From Amoeboaphelidium protococcarum X5 (Eukaryota > Fungi > Aphelidiomycota): a stretch of 64,000 nucleotides of DNA. The DNA is taken from positions 152,615 through 216,614 of the forward strand of contig JALDTO010000098.1 in NCBI GenBank assembly GCA_023515725.1, in the 5' to 3' direction. Shown in pieces: positions 1 to 13,341 of the stretch; the stretch's first letter is position 1, and each line of letters begins with the position of its first letter. The notes beneath the pieces are model-generated. The model worked only from the letters and a program-made list of their open reading frames with translations. It had not been told where the DNA came from and did not search any database. Both the position numbers and the translations under genes were made by a program.

Positions 1-81
1 ACGCAGACAAAAGAATTAAACTCTGATAAAAGCCTCCAAGTTGAATTATATAACTTAATAACATCAAGATCATGTTAAGAA

Positions 82-2088
82 TCATTGTTTCTCATCCGTG
101 TCAGATTCTTCTCCTTCAGTCCATTCGGCCATATTCATCTGCTCAACTTGTTCATGCAGAGCCGTCAACTCTGAAACTTTCTCGGCCAATTTAGGATTTA
201 TCAGCACAGATATAAGGAATTAAATGCCACTCTACTGGTAAGCTTCAATCACCTTCATACTACACGCTGTACATTTATCATAAGCTCGGCCATCTAGAAA
301 TACAGCTTGTCCGTAACGCAGGTAATATCTCACAGTGTGAGGCAGAATGCCCAGCTCTGATCCGCGAATCTCCTCATTAAGACCCACAACCCGGTGTTCA
401 CTTGAACCAGCTGGCTATCTTTACTACTTCTACTATTAAAGCAGCGATATAAACAACTCCACTGCCTAAGCTGAACACATTGGAGCTAAAGCAGGACGTG
501 TCACTGTACACTCTTAGTCTAATGAGCGAGCAGTCATGGAATTTGATGGTCCCACTACATCGTTGCAGAAATAACATCCCAGATTCGAATCTCTAAGACC
601 ATGCCTCATAATCAAATAGGAATCGAATCCAAGTGCAGCATTTATACACAGCTTATTATGAAATTTTGCCATCAATGTGGGAATATATCGACTTTCTCTC
701 GAGTCAGTCAGCAGAAAAATGACATTACATTCTTTAATCAGATTCTCTAATCGGCCAAGATCTCGTTGAAGTTAAATGATATCCTTATCCTGTAAACTCT
801 ACTCATTCAAAGGAAGCCGGTCCCGTAAATGATCATAATGTCCTGGGCATGGAATTGTAAGCTGTTCAGCTCTGACTTTATACGATGGATTGATAGCAAG
901 AAGATTAGTTCTGGCAACATCAACCTTATTCCTACCATAATCTGCAAAAGTATACAGAGGCTAACGTGGAAGATTGCTATAAGATACTTTGCCATTATCA
1001 ACAATTAAAAAATCTGTCACATTCCATCCGATCAAGGTGCGAACCACATTGCATCCGAGAGTACCCATTCCTAGCACTAGCACCTTCTGCTGTGCAATTG
1101 TGTCCAAATCTAGCTGTTGAACCATTCTCCATTTCATTAGACGCAAATTCAGGTCAATAGATTGATTACACAACAATGATGGATCGATACTATCAGAGAT
1201 ATCGACTATGCTAACTTATGCCTTCTCCCACCGAATTGCTTTGTATGACTTACTGCCATAACCGTTAAGCAAAGGCAAATTCGCGTGATAAAGGGTGTAT
1301 TGTTGAAGCTGATCATTCCATACATATATTTTAATATATTCCAACTTATATCGCACTTGCAGATAACTTAGGAAATTTCGCAACTGCCAGCACAATTCCA
1401 GCTGACTATCTGTAGTAGTTTAACTAATATGATTAGATCTTTACTTTACAACAAGGCTATATCCAGTCTACCACCCATGGCCTGCTTAAATCAAATTCTT
1501 TCCAACTTCATCATAGAAGCATACATTGGCTGACTGCTCATGTAAATACTCGTCAAATAGAGGCTATAAAGATGCAAGTTCTTGTGATTAATGTTCAATA
1601 TTAGAGACCGACGGCAGATAATTCACATCGAACAGTACAACAGGGTACGCAACAAAGTAATAAAACTTGTACTTTTTAACATCTGCAAAAGTCACCATTA
1701 AGAAACGACACGGATATTTAAAGAAATTCTAATTCTATTAGTTCGGAGCTGACATTTCGTTATAGATGGAGTCAACATATTCCAGCAGAAATTTTTACTT
1801 GTTAAACTCATTGAATTCTTTCAGTGTATTGAGATTCTTACAGACACCAACTGCCTATGCAAAAGACAGGGAATTCTATATGCTTTCATCATCAGTCTTC
1901 TCTACTTACTCCACACTATTATTATTGAGACTGGTATGGTCAAATATGACAGCATTAGCAGATATTTGAGCACTTATAGGAATCACTTCATCATTAAGTT
2001 TCAAGTCATTAAGCTTGTAGTTACTCAATCTTGTCCAAAAATCAATTTTGAATTCAGATTAAATCTTTTAAAACTTGACCAGCACCAT
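82..2088 (-). CDS. ATG7: Autophagy E1-like activating enzyme Atg7 (668 aa, intronless, TAA/TAG=Gln)
   Basis: One frame from ATG 2088 to TGA 82. N-terminus [31 protein letters not shown]; GMGTLGC nucleotide-binding loop; SYSNLPRQPLY; catalytic region SLDQECTVTRP. Conserved Q residues are encoded by TAG (961-963) and TAA (514-516). Confidence 0.96.
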
Positions 2089-2328
2089 AATTATCGATTA
2101 TTTTTGAATGTTAATGAAAGAGTAAATACAATGCAGTGAATGAAATAAGAGGGGATATGCCCATGAGATCTTACTTAAAGAGCCGAATTCTCACGAGAAG
2201 AAGAACGGTCTCAAAACGGAATTTCTGCTGGTCAAGAGAAGAATGGCGATATCATACAATTGATAGAACCAAAAATTCAAATTCAAGCAATTAAACATAA
2301 TAAATACTCACGATATAATATCTTATTA

Positions 2329-2961
2329 TCATTCGCTACCGGATTTGAATGTAACTGGAAGCAAAATTTCATTAGTGCGCATGAATGCAAGTGTCCACGG
2401 TGGATTGTAACGGGCTAGAAGCACTTGAGCATTGGGCGGGATAGACACGTCAGAATCATTTGACAGACTCTGTCGCAGCTTTTCTTCTTCGCTCTTCGCC
2501 GTCTCATCGGTAGCACTCCAGCTAAACTGGGCGACTGCAAAAGTTTACTTGGGCACTTGACAAAGCTTGACTTGATCATTCTTGGGTGTCGGCAACTGTG
2601 ACACGTCAGTGTACTTTGATGGCAGAACAAAAGCCATTTTCACCTTATCGTCATCGGATTTTATAGTTTACACAGGAGCAGTCATGCTAATCTTTTCGCT
2701 AGAACCTTTATCAGATTAAGCAGTAGTCTGCTGTGATGTGATAACAGGTGAGGTCATGGATACCGACTCCTTCTTGACATTGTCTCCAAAAATAAAGCCG
2801 GCTAATTAACGAAAACCTTGTCCGGAGACCAATGATTTACTATCATACTCAACCTCAGCTCTTATCTGAGGCTCATATTCTCTAATTTCATAGCCAACAG
2901 CCTTCTTTAGTATACTAAACTTCGGAGTCTCTTCTCTGATTATACCAAATAGTGATGTCAT
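2329..2961 (-). CDS. SOUL/HEBP heme-binding protein (210 aa)
   Basis: MTSLFGIIREETPKFSILKKAVGYEIREY...GFRQLAGFIFGDN...KISMTAPV...MAFVLPSKY...ARYNPPWTLAFMRTNEILLPV. These are typical SOUL family motifs; the frame ends at TGA. Confidence 0.93.
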
Positions 2962-3965
2962 TTTTTGAAAATGTTGCTGTCATAAAACGCGAGTCAAGAA
3001 GAGAATGGAATGACGCGTTTCACTGTGCTTCAAACATAATGATCACTAATAATGACTCTGTAATATTAATATTAAAAGGAGAACTTTGTTGATTTCATAA
3101 AAGCCTATTTCTCCATACTAAGGTCATTTACAGTATATTATCTGTTTCATTCGCTATTGCCGCAATTTACAGAAAGTGTTTGTTAGATTTATCAGAATAT
3201 GATCACACTAGACTGTGAGAATCTATGTGTGGCTTAGCATAGAGTCTGGGAAATGTGGCACACTCGAGAGCCTAGAACGTATACAATGGTGAAATGGCCA
3301 GCCATGGATTGAACAGTGATCTTGTATTCTATGAAATTATTGAAACATCATTCATCAAACTCTACTACTAATTTGTTAAGATTAAATTAATTCCTGAGAA
3401 TTCATTCTTGGTTTGAAATTTTTACAGACGCGTCTAGCCATATCTCTTCCATGTTGTTTTACCTCCAGAATCTGCTAAATTGTTTCAAGATGTTTAATTT
3501 AAGCCGCCTTGTATATGCTGGAGATCGCCGATCTGCTGCTCTAATCGTTTTCAGTTGTCGATTGATTTACCTCGCCCATCTAATTTGGCGGTGACCTGTG
3601 TATGTTCGACTGAGCATACTTTCCCAGCAGCTTAAAAGTAAGATATAATTAGCCTTGACCTGCATAAATAAGCAATGAAACAAGACGGACATTGTTACGA
3701 CATAGGAGAAGAACAAGGACACGAGTATTAAAGTCATTTAATTGAAACTATTGTCTCGCGTAAAATCATTCTGTATCGAATATTAATTATGGTCAATATT
3801 AACGTTCGATAGAAGACATTAATCTAAATATAAGTGAGATAGTGATAGTGCTCGTTTGAGCGTGAATGACACTGCGAGTTGATGAACTTCATCGTCGCCT
3901 GTTCTACTCTTGATCTGACAGGTGGTGGTGACAATATATCGTCAGATTTGTTCTGCATTATACAA

Positions 3966-4322
3966 ATGAGCACAAGGGAGTTAAATTTGGAGGAATCCGA
4001 ATCCCTATTACAGCAAATTAATAATGACAAAATATATGAGAGTGTCTAAGAAGTGGAAGAGGTGAAGTATATCATGCGTCAAAATATCGAGAAAGTGATG
4101 GATCGCAATGATCAACTAGAGATCCTCATAAACAAGACCGAAGGATTAAATCAAAATTCGCAAGACTTCAAATTTGGTAGCTCTAGACTTAAAAAATCTG
4201 TGAAATGGAATAGTAAGCGAATGCTCATTATTATAATCATCGTTGTTGTCTTGCTATGCTATCTGATAAGCTGCATCGCCTGTGGATTTCCGCTTTTCCA
4301 CCAGTGTCGACAGGCAGATTGA
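3966..4322 (+). CDS. R-SNARE (synaptobrevin/VAMP7-like SNARE motif plus TM, no longin domain)
   Basis: VQEVEEVKYIMRQNIEKVMDRNDQLEILINKTEGL (zero-layer R) followed by a C-terminal TM helix. An alternative in-frame ATG lies at 3882; an in-frame TGA at 3867 bounds the frame upstream. Confidence 0.88.
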
Positions 4323-4595
4323 TTGATATCTATATCACTGTGAAGTATTTTTCTCCGGGACTAAAATAGCCATTCTGTGATATAATGACTTTTTATTTCC
4401 AGGGTCAAAGCTAATGATCTTCTAATGTATGATTCTAAATAGAATTTCTAGAATAGTTGTCGCGTCGTTGTTAGGCGTCTGCAAAGTGATCTTTTTATAG
4501 CTTCGCCACTCTCACCTGCCCATCAACTTTCTATATTGTTACAAACTCAATCTGTCAGTAAATCAAAACAATTTCAAAAGGTATTTTAAAGGGAA

Positions 4596-5712
4596 ATGGC
4601 ATCGAATAGTGTGAGCACATCAGATTTCAGTAAGACTTTCTTTATTTGTCATTGGTTTCCATTTGCCACTTCTACTTTATCTGCGTGTAGTGAGCATGAA
4701 CAGCTTGGAGCTCAAGTCTTAATTAAAAGCATTGAGAAGTGAATTGAAGAAATACGAGTTGGAATTTCTAGCGCAACACGGCAAGAAGCCAGCAAAAGAT
4801 GATATCGTGTAAGACAGAAATATAAGTAGGAAATATGCATCATATAGCAAGATGAAGAATAGATTAAAAGAATTTGGCGACATTGGACAGAGCACTGCAG
4901 ATGCATCAGGGAGTGATGCGGATATAGCGAGAAATGCTGAAAATATGAACACGCTGTCACGACGAACGAGAAAACCATCTGATACGCTGGAAAGACGGCA
5001 GGTGGAAAGGAAGCGAATGAGCACACATCTATCGACTTAATCTAGCGTGGTCAGTGTTGGATCGGCTCTGTTAGATATTGATTAACCACCCGTGCGTCTA
5101 AGTGTTACTGAACAGTTCAAGAAACCGAAAAAGCCGGTCGACATCACGGACCGTGTAAAGAGTGCAGAGGATTTGACTAAACACAGTACATACGTCGTGG
5201 AGCCTCCTCAGTTCTAATTGACTCCTCTTGCAAGTAGAACTTCTGATGCCAAGCGTCCAACTGCAGATATGGATGGATAGGATGGCGTTGTGTCTGATAA
5301 TGACAAGATGGTGTCATCTCCTCTATCTTTCAGTACTACGGGCTAGAGCACAGAAGATCACACTTTGGCTCTGGTCGCTAACAAATTATCGCTTCATCAA
5401 AGTGCCACTACGAATGGAGTCGCGTCGAATAGTGTGTCTGATGGTAAGATTAATGACTAAAATACGGTGGCATCAAAGCGGGCAGTAGACGCGCCAGCTT
5501 TACAAAAGATATACGAAAGCTAGTAGGATACTGTCACATAGGAATAGCAGGTCACTTCTAACTAATCGTCGATGGGCAGGAATCCCGGTAAGGAGGTGGA
5601 AGATGCTCAGAAATCTCCTTCTCTTTCTGGAATAGAACCTCAGGCTGCTGGTAATAGAAAAAACTCGAGTAAGGGCATTCGCGGTCTGTTTGGGAAAATA
5701 TTTCACAAGTGA
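4596..5712 (+). CDS. Protein with an Sld2/RecQ4-N-like helical motif and a low-complexity tail (about 351 aa; intron 4630-4690)
   Basis: A 61-nt GT..AG intron joins the exons in phase. LKALRSELKKYELEFLAQHGKKPAKDDIVQDRNISRKYASYSKMK resembles the Drc1/Sld2 N-terminal motif; the remainder is S/T/Q-rich up to TGA 5710. Confidence 0.7.
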
Positions 5713-6053
5713 TCCCCAAGGTCGCTTTGCTATCGTGTCAGCTATCCCTTCGAGAGTCTTTTGTTTTTAATTTGGAATATGATTTTATTCTTCAATGTAG
5801 TATCAGTTGTTTAAAAGCTTCATCCTTTGCTACTTGAAGGGACAAGTTTTAGTTTCTGCAGTTTCGCCGAGTCTGTATTCCCTTTAATTGTCTCTTTAGG
5901 CACTGTACTCTTCAGCGACTTCGCCTCCTCTCAATAATCAAGTGTCTCTCTCTGCTGAAACAAATCGTTTCACATTTTCTTCTTCTGCTCTTTTTTTCGT
6001 TTCATCAGCAATTCTCATTAATAAGAAGATCCGCTATATTTTGTGCAACAAAA

Positions 6054-7181
6054 ATGACTTCAGTTGAAAATAGTAGTCCTTTACTGTCTGGAACTCCGGG
6101 AACTCCTCGAAAGTTAAAGGATAATCCTTTCCAATAACAAATCAAGACTGACAGCTTATCTAGACCGTCGTCATCAGTGATCTTGCGCTCTCCTGCAGAG
6201 TATGAGAAGCAGACTGAGCCAGTGTAAATTCTTCTGAAGCCTGGAATTCCGGTGAAGTGTGCACATCCTCTGCTTAAGCATCTGTCTTACATGCCTCAGG
6301 ATGGTGATAATTACGTTCCTCCTCCAGTGAAGGGTCATCGATCCAATACCATAAGTTAAGGTGGTATAGCATCACAATCCACACAGAAACTTTTGGCGGC
6401 TAATAATGTGCTGAAGAATATTGCTAATCCACTGAAATTTAGTAAAGCAATGTCAGGTACATTTGAACTCTTCTCTCGCATACCGCCTGGCAGTATTTTG
6501 AAGTGTAAATTGACCCGAAAGTCCAAGAAGCTGTACACTTTGACTAACGAGACTGATGATAAGGTATTCTTGTATGCTGCTCATGTCGGTTCATCGCCTT
6601 CTACATTCTTTGTTGGCTCCGATATGAATGGTATCGTTGGTAAAGGCACTAATGAGGATCCAATTCAGAATACCTTTGTCGCAAAGATTATCAGCGATAA
6701 GCTGTGTCATCAGTTCACCGTTTATGACACTAGAAACATTGTTAAATTGACTGAAGCAAAGAAGCCTTTACCTGCTATGGCGTTTGTGTCGTATCAGAAG
6801 AAGCTACCAAAGGCTATCAATATTGGACTGAGAAGTAAATTGGTTTTGGATGACCTGAGTGGTACTAGTGAGCCATTCACTGAAGATATTGCGAAAGATT
6901 TCGAAGCTGGTGGAACCAACAAGCTAGTTGTGTATAAAAGCAAGAAGCCCAATATTGATGAGAGAAGTAAACAGCTGAATCTAGATTTCGGAGGCAGAGT
7001 TCTGATGTCCTCTATCAAAAATTTCTAGATTGTCGACGTGACTCTGGAATCTCAGCCGCTTATTTTACAGTTTGGCAAGATTGATGAAAATTAGTTTGCC
7101 CTGGACATTCTCTATCCATTCTGCCCTATTGATGCCTTCGGTCTGGCTCTGAGTGTTTTCGATGCTTACGTTGATGTGTGA
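6054..7181 (+). CDS. Tubby-domain protein (375 aa)
   Basis: C-terminal LNLDFGGRVLMSSIKNFQIV...LILQFGKIDENQFALDILYPFCPIDAFGLALSVFD. The conserved KNFQ glutamine is encoded by TAG (7026-7028). Confidence 0.93.
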
Positions 7182-7714
7182 TTTTTCTAGTTTGAAATTG
7201 AGTATAATTTATTGATGAATATTAATTGAGTAATTGCCATTTTGTGTCCTTCAATCATTAATATTCTATAGTTCTCGAAGGCTTTCATATAGAATTTACT
7301 AGACAGAAACTCCGATTTATAACTTTCCATTAAAATCCCCAAAAAGTAAGTTAATCGCCAAGCTTTTAGGTGATTGGATCATGAGATTAACAAGTATTAC
7401 TTGTGATCTCATCTACTGCTTGACCTCAATCTATCTAGATAGTCAATGACTGGATAGTATAACTCATCGACGATCTGTTTTGAAAAGCGCGCGTAAAAAT
7501 AAATTTTGTTGTTTCAACTTTTTATATCGGCCTGACTATAATTCAACCGCCGCTTACCCGCTGCTTAGTAACGCTTAACTTTGCTGTATATTTTTGAAAC
7601 TCTTAACTAGTGATCTTCTAATAGTAAAAGTATTAACTGATATCACTGCCATCCAGGTGATTGTATATTATCTTGGTAATTATATACCATCTAGAGCTAA
7701 AATATAGTTGATAC

Positions 7715-10052
7715 ATGATGAATACCTCCCTCCCTCTGTACTAAAGTGGTGTTCGTGGCAACAATGCTTATAATAACTCAAAGCACAAATCCCCACTCAG
7801 GTCTCCGTTGATTAAACTGATATTTTCTCGATGGAATATTTTAGTGGTGGTATTGCTAGCATTTATAGCCCTTTATGCGTCTCTGCCTTTGATATTTTAT
7901 ACCTCACTGAAAGCTGGTTAAAGTAGTGATGTAAATAATAATGGCTTGAAATCTTACGACCGGCTGGACCAGAAACTCGACAGAGATTTCACCTCTCATA
8001 ACGACGGCTCTACTCTATCGCCTGATGAGGCTGACATTGTAAAGAAGCTAAAAGGTGCGTGTTATTTATTTTAATATTTCAATATTAATGACTTATTTGT
8101 TTTTATGAAATGATAAGTAGGAGTAGCTGATAAAGTCAAGCAGTAAACGCAGACTGTAGGGGAGTTGAACTAGGATTTGTTGGTGAAAGATGTTCTTATA
8201 AGCGATCTGAAAAATCAGCTGGGATCTGAAAAGTCTTTACGCGCCAAATTGGAGGAGAGTTTGAAGACTATTCAAGGTATGACCATTGATACTATTCAGT
8301 TATCTAACATATATTCTCAACTCTCATAATGACTATGTATATGTAGCTAATTCTGTACTGAATGGGAAAAAGACTTCAGCAGAGAAAAACAGTGATACAA
8401 GCAACGGTGTCAACGGAATATACAAGAAGGTATATCCCAAGTTGCCAGAATCTTCTATTTGGTGCGTTGGAGAGAAGAAATATGATCGAGTATGTCGCTT
8501 CAAGAATCTTTACTATCATCCCAAAATGGATTTATATTTCGTAGTGATCACGGAGCATTCAATTCTTGATAACGTGCCCAAAGATCGATCTCCAGCTCTG
8601 GTTGACATGACAAGTATTGACGATCACTCGTACTTTTATTTCAATTATGATGAAGCTACTCAGGATAAGTTCAAGGACGTGTTGGTTAATGTAGTGGAGA
8701 AGAAGTCGTTTTTAATAAGCAGATTTCACGTTGGTAACATTATGCACTCTTTACACGATGATGCACTTGGCCTGTATTACAATATTCGTCGATTTGCTAA
8801 TACTGAAGATGATTTTACTGCCACAGATAAGCCATAGTTTGCTCAATTCTCAACTGATCATCTCGTATATTTGACGGATGGTCATGAGGCTTATGAGTAC
8901 GGCCATGTGTTTAATCTGTTCACCGATCACCCGGCTCAGTACAAGTCTTCACTGTCATAAGATAAAGATGTGATCACTGTATTTAATGATGCCATCGTCG
9001 GCTAGAGTAAGGCTTTAAATTGGTACTAGTATGGATTTCTTTCACCGCAAGGTCCTATCAAAGACAAGCAAGTGAATGGGTACTATGTTCGCGACTTTGC
9101 TGATTACATTGCGTATAAACTGGATTTATTTAAGCCTGAATTTGACGTCCCAGAACCTGTGGCTGATGTGGCTGTGGTATTTTCCAGAAGGTAGAATCGT
9201 CTCATACTGAATGAGGACGACTTGCTTAATGGAATTGCCACCAAGTTTTAACTGAAGCCTTAATTCATCAGAATGGAGGATCTGACTTTCAGGTAATAGA
9301 TTGAGATATTGAGAAGGACCAAAGTGGCAGTTGGAATGCATGGCAGCGTTTTGATAATGTCTGTATTCATGCCGAGACGTTCAGTGCTCATTGAACTATA
9401 CCCTTATGCCGTGCCACCTGAAGGATACACTCCTTATAAAACTCTAGCGGGACTAAAAGGAATGAATTTGGTCTATCGTCCATGGAAGAACACTCACAAG
9501 GAGAATAATGTCCCTCACCCAGATCGTGATATGTATCATGGTGGTCTCGTGCATTTGAGTGATGCCGAGCGCCGAAAGATTGAAGAGACTCTTACTGTGC
9601 CGCCTCATGTCTGCTGTACAGATCCGTACTGGCTTTTCAGAATATATCAAGACACCAAAGTTGAGGTGTAGGAAGTCATCGCTCTGATTCAGGAGGGTTT
9701 AGAAGAGGGGAAGAAGATGAACTTGAATCAGTTCCGAGTTGACTCGTCGGTGTTGCCATCCATGATAAATGAGAATTCAATCACATGCTCTCTAGTATAC
9801 ACTGGGTCTTATGTTAAAGGTGTCCTGGTTGAGTGGGCAGAGCCGTGGAATGGTATCAAGCCTGATAAATACTCCATTTGGGAACATTTGGCGTACAAGG
9901 AGTTTTTTACTGACACTAATAAGATTATGCTCGAGCATCCATATTATAAAGAGGGGTCTGAGCTGGGAATATACGTGCGCAGTATCAAGAATGATATAGT
10001 TGGAAAGTATAGTGGTCGTCACGATTGCAAGATTACACTTCCTAAATAATGA
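7715..10052 (+). CDS. GT61 glycosyltransferase, POMGNT2/GTDC2-like (about 733 aa; introns 8055-8120 and 8277-8346)
   Basis: N-terminal type II TM and coiled coil; RVCRFKNLYY; RFHVGNIMHSLHDD; WYQYGFLSPQGP; VGMHGS; PPHVCCTDPYWLFRIYQDTKVEV; C-terminal FnIII-like segment. Both introns are GT..AG and phase-compatible. Confidence 0.88.
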
Positions 10053-10695
10053 ATGAATGAATGATTGATTGATGGCTTTTAGACTTAGAATAAAATCGTT
10101 ATTGATTAAGAATTATAGAATCGCTTGAACATTTACTCAAATTTTCCTATTACTGTTGCGCACTCATTCACTTGATTCTCTCGGCATATACTTCACACCT
10201 TGAATCACCGCTTAGAGTAAACTCTTTTCCGAGTGAACCGATTGCAAAGTTCAGTAATATCTGCGACAACTCTCATATCAGCGTCAACAGGCGAGCACTT
10301 CAATCTTCAATTATTTATTCGACATGGTCAAAGCATCAAACACATCAGCAGGTGAAATAACTTTCTCATCACGGAGAAATCAGGGAATCTTCAGCTAGAC
10401 AAAAAAATGTCATGAGCTTGATGTAGTTGTAAAATTTAAGGCTTTTAATCATACGCGTAAAAATTAGCCTAAATATTGCGGTGGCTTTATTGAAGTCAAA
10501 GTATCGATCAGCGTGAGACGACAGTGAGGTCGTTTGACTCTGGTGCATCCGATTGAAAACGAGTGATGAAAGATCGCAATAACTCGTTCCAAAACTGCTT
10601 CTAACGCCCTCAAACATATTTATAGTGTATGTTGTTTAAAATTCTTAACGAAGCAATGACACTTTTAAAACTATTATTTATATCAGCACTTACTT

Positions 10696-13101
10696 TCATT
10701 GTTAATTCGGAGGCAACTGAGTGAGCCCAACCGTAGCATTGATGCTTGACATGTATAAAGGGATGGTGTTGGTCAGGACTGTAGTACCGCCTACTTGCGT
10801 CATTGACTTGGTAGCCTGTTACATTCGTCTTCTTCTAGATCTGACACGCAACCACATTGCAATAGCAACCAACAAAATGATCAGACTAAATACTCCAGCC
10901 AGTATTGAAATAATTGAAGTCAGATTGATGGCATTCTGATTGAGATTATTAGCCGCGCCTGATCTGTCTCTGTTGTCTCCTTGATCGTCAGTTGTTTAAT
11001 ACGACTTGCCATTATTACCACCGCTGGGAGCATTAAATTACACGAGTGTCTAAGTAACCGTGCTACTGACCTTCGTAAGCTATTCAGAGGAAGATAACGA
11101 ATATGAGGTACTTTTCACCAATGCCGATGACCAGATCAGTGTCGATAGCTCTTACATTGACTGCGAAGGAGATTAAGTTGACGCGGTAGACGAGCTAGTA
11201 CTCAATATGTCAGAGGATGTGAGCACACTTGACAGGATGGATGTGGAATATATCGTGGCATTAAGAATCGACATAGTTCCTGTACTGGTAATGACAGTCA
11301 GTTACGCGCTACTCGTGCTACTACTACTGATACTGATACTATTACTTGACAATTTAGAACTAATAGTCTACGTGCTTGTGATAGTAAATGACGCGTTACT
11401 ACTACTCGACATTGTAGAACTGATAGTCTACGTGCTGGTGACAGACAATGACGCGCTACTATTACTTGACAATGTAGATTAGAAACTCGATGATGACGGA
11501 AAAGGCACGGAAGTAATACTTGTGGTGACCGGGGTGGATTATGATGAGGATGCAGTAACGATAGTGGAGGCCACAGAGACACTTTAAGTAGTAGAAGTTG
11601 AAGAATGATTATACTAAGGTTCTACCAATTAAGCTAAATTTCCAATTTTAATAAATCGAAAACTGCCTGGGAGGGATATTTACATTCCATTTAAATTGGC
11701 TATATCAATCGAGTTAGACTAAGACTGATAAGTTATATGCATAGAGCCACGGGCAATCACCACGCCAGATGCCAAATCAACCGCACTGCCATTTGAATAA
11801 ATGTAAGTTACTCCTAAGACGTAATCGCTCTAGCTCAGCATCATAATAATTCCGTATTAAGATGCCACAGGACGGGAAAACGAGAAGTTTGAATTAGTCA
11901 ACGACGAGTTTGTTATCAATTAGGCGTCAGTTACTCCTACAAGGTACCTTCCGCCTTGGTTATCTAACAATAATTGAATCTCATTAGTAGAACCACCTGT
12001 AATGGAATACCACTACAAAATGCTGCTTCCACCAGACAATCTGAAGATGTAAGATCCGTTGGTGTTATTTTAACCAACTGTAAGTACTGCCACATTAGAT
12101 GCATTATAAACTTAGAATTGGTTGCCAGACCTCACAGAAAAGTATCCATAATTCTGACTATCAAATGCGATACCCACAGCCACCTCATTTCCCTGCCCTG
12201 AGAAACGCCAGTAGTACTAGAAATGTCCAGTCTAATTGAAGACTAACAGAGGACAATCCGAACCGGTACTAGATGGCGCTGTATTAATTTTTTTTTATGT
12301 ATCCGCAATGTTCACATCTCCAACTGCTGTCCCTAGAAAGTAAAGCCATCCATTAGAGTTGATATGCATTTTGACTTCAGGAGCAAAAGTACTGTCAGAG
12401 AGATGAAACATGTAATCAAGATTGTTGTCCATCATAAAGTAATGACCGCCACCATCACTTGATGCTATGAATTAATTACTATTATCATAAAACTGAAGTG
12501 GATTAGTTTAGAAACCTACATAACTATTCCAAGCGTGTACGAGAAGCTATCCACTTGGGCGCATTACGCTAGATTTCGGCTCATTCCAAGATTAGCCGGC
12601 ATCTAATCTGGCCGATCTCAGGAGAGTACCATTGGAGCCAAACTTGCAAATAACAACCTGGGATGCTCCAATTCTAGTAAATTGGCGTGCAGACACGCCG
12701 TTAACTCCAAACACGGTAAAAATTAAGGATTAAGCCCAATAAAGCACCAGCAGGTTATCTTGAGCATCAATGTGAAATCCGCGTATATAATCGTCTCTCT
12801 ATAGTCCTGTTGCTTTTACCACCCACTGCAGTAGACCACGCGTATCATACTTGGCAAGATAAGAATCGAAATAATACCCACTCTGCATAGATATGGTACT
12901 CGATACTGATCCATTTGAAGAATAGATCGGATTATTCTACTCACTCCAATACTTTCCATAAAGATAGAAATTACCAGCAGAATCCAAGCCAGATACCTTT
13001 ACATCTTCACTAGTCTTGATGGACATATCCACTGGGGCAAGCACAGAGCTGACTAGTGGTAGCAGCACAAAGGTAGCAATCAGCCAGTTAATAACGATCA
13101 T
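10696..13101 (-). CDS. Type I membrane surface protein: signal peptide, beta-propeller-like repeats, Ser/Thr stalk, TM, short tail (801 aa)
   Basis: Signal peptide MIVINWLIATFVLLPLVSS; SBBP-like repeat DSYLAKYDTRGLLQWV; Ser/Thr-rich region at about 11050-11610; TM IISILAGVFSLIILLVAIAMWL followed by RVRSRRRR. ATG 13101 and TGA 10696 are in frame. Confidence 0.85.
11341..11478. repeat. Imperfect 60-bp coding tandem repeat (about 2.3 copies) in the Ser/Thr stalk
   Basis: ttacttgacaat..agaact.atagtctacgtgct.gtga..g..aatgacgcg recurs at a 60-nt period (11341, 11401, 11461). Confidence 0.85.
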
Positions 13102-13341
13102 TGGTCTTCGTGTGATTTATATGTTGATACCTTCTAATAATGCTGGAAGATTAAAAGTCAAGCAGAGGAAAAAGCTAAATTGGAGTTAAGCAAATTAACA
13201 AAGTTATCGCAAAATGAGCACCAGCAACCATACATATAGCATTGCTGTGGTGACGGCCGCACATTCTGATTGGATCATCATTTCGACTAAAAGGATGTTG
13301 CGGATTCGATCTGAATAGAATTACAATATTATTTATTATTA

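Noticed and set aside
2140-2285. Possible snRNA (Sm-like AATTTTTGG on the minus strand)
   Set aside because: No U1/U2/U4/U5 conserved sequence was found around it; it is likely ATG7 promoter or SOUL 3' UTR.
3050-3860. Short open frames between the SOUL and SNARE genes
   Set aside because: With one stop codon, 70-140-codon frames arise by chance, and no homology was recognisable.
10080-10680. Small gene between the glycosyltransferase and the surface protein
   Set aside because: The frames examined are short or TGA-interrupted, with no recognisable motif.
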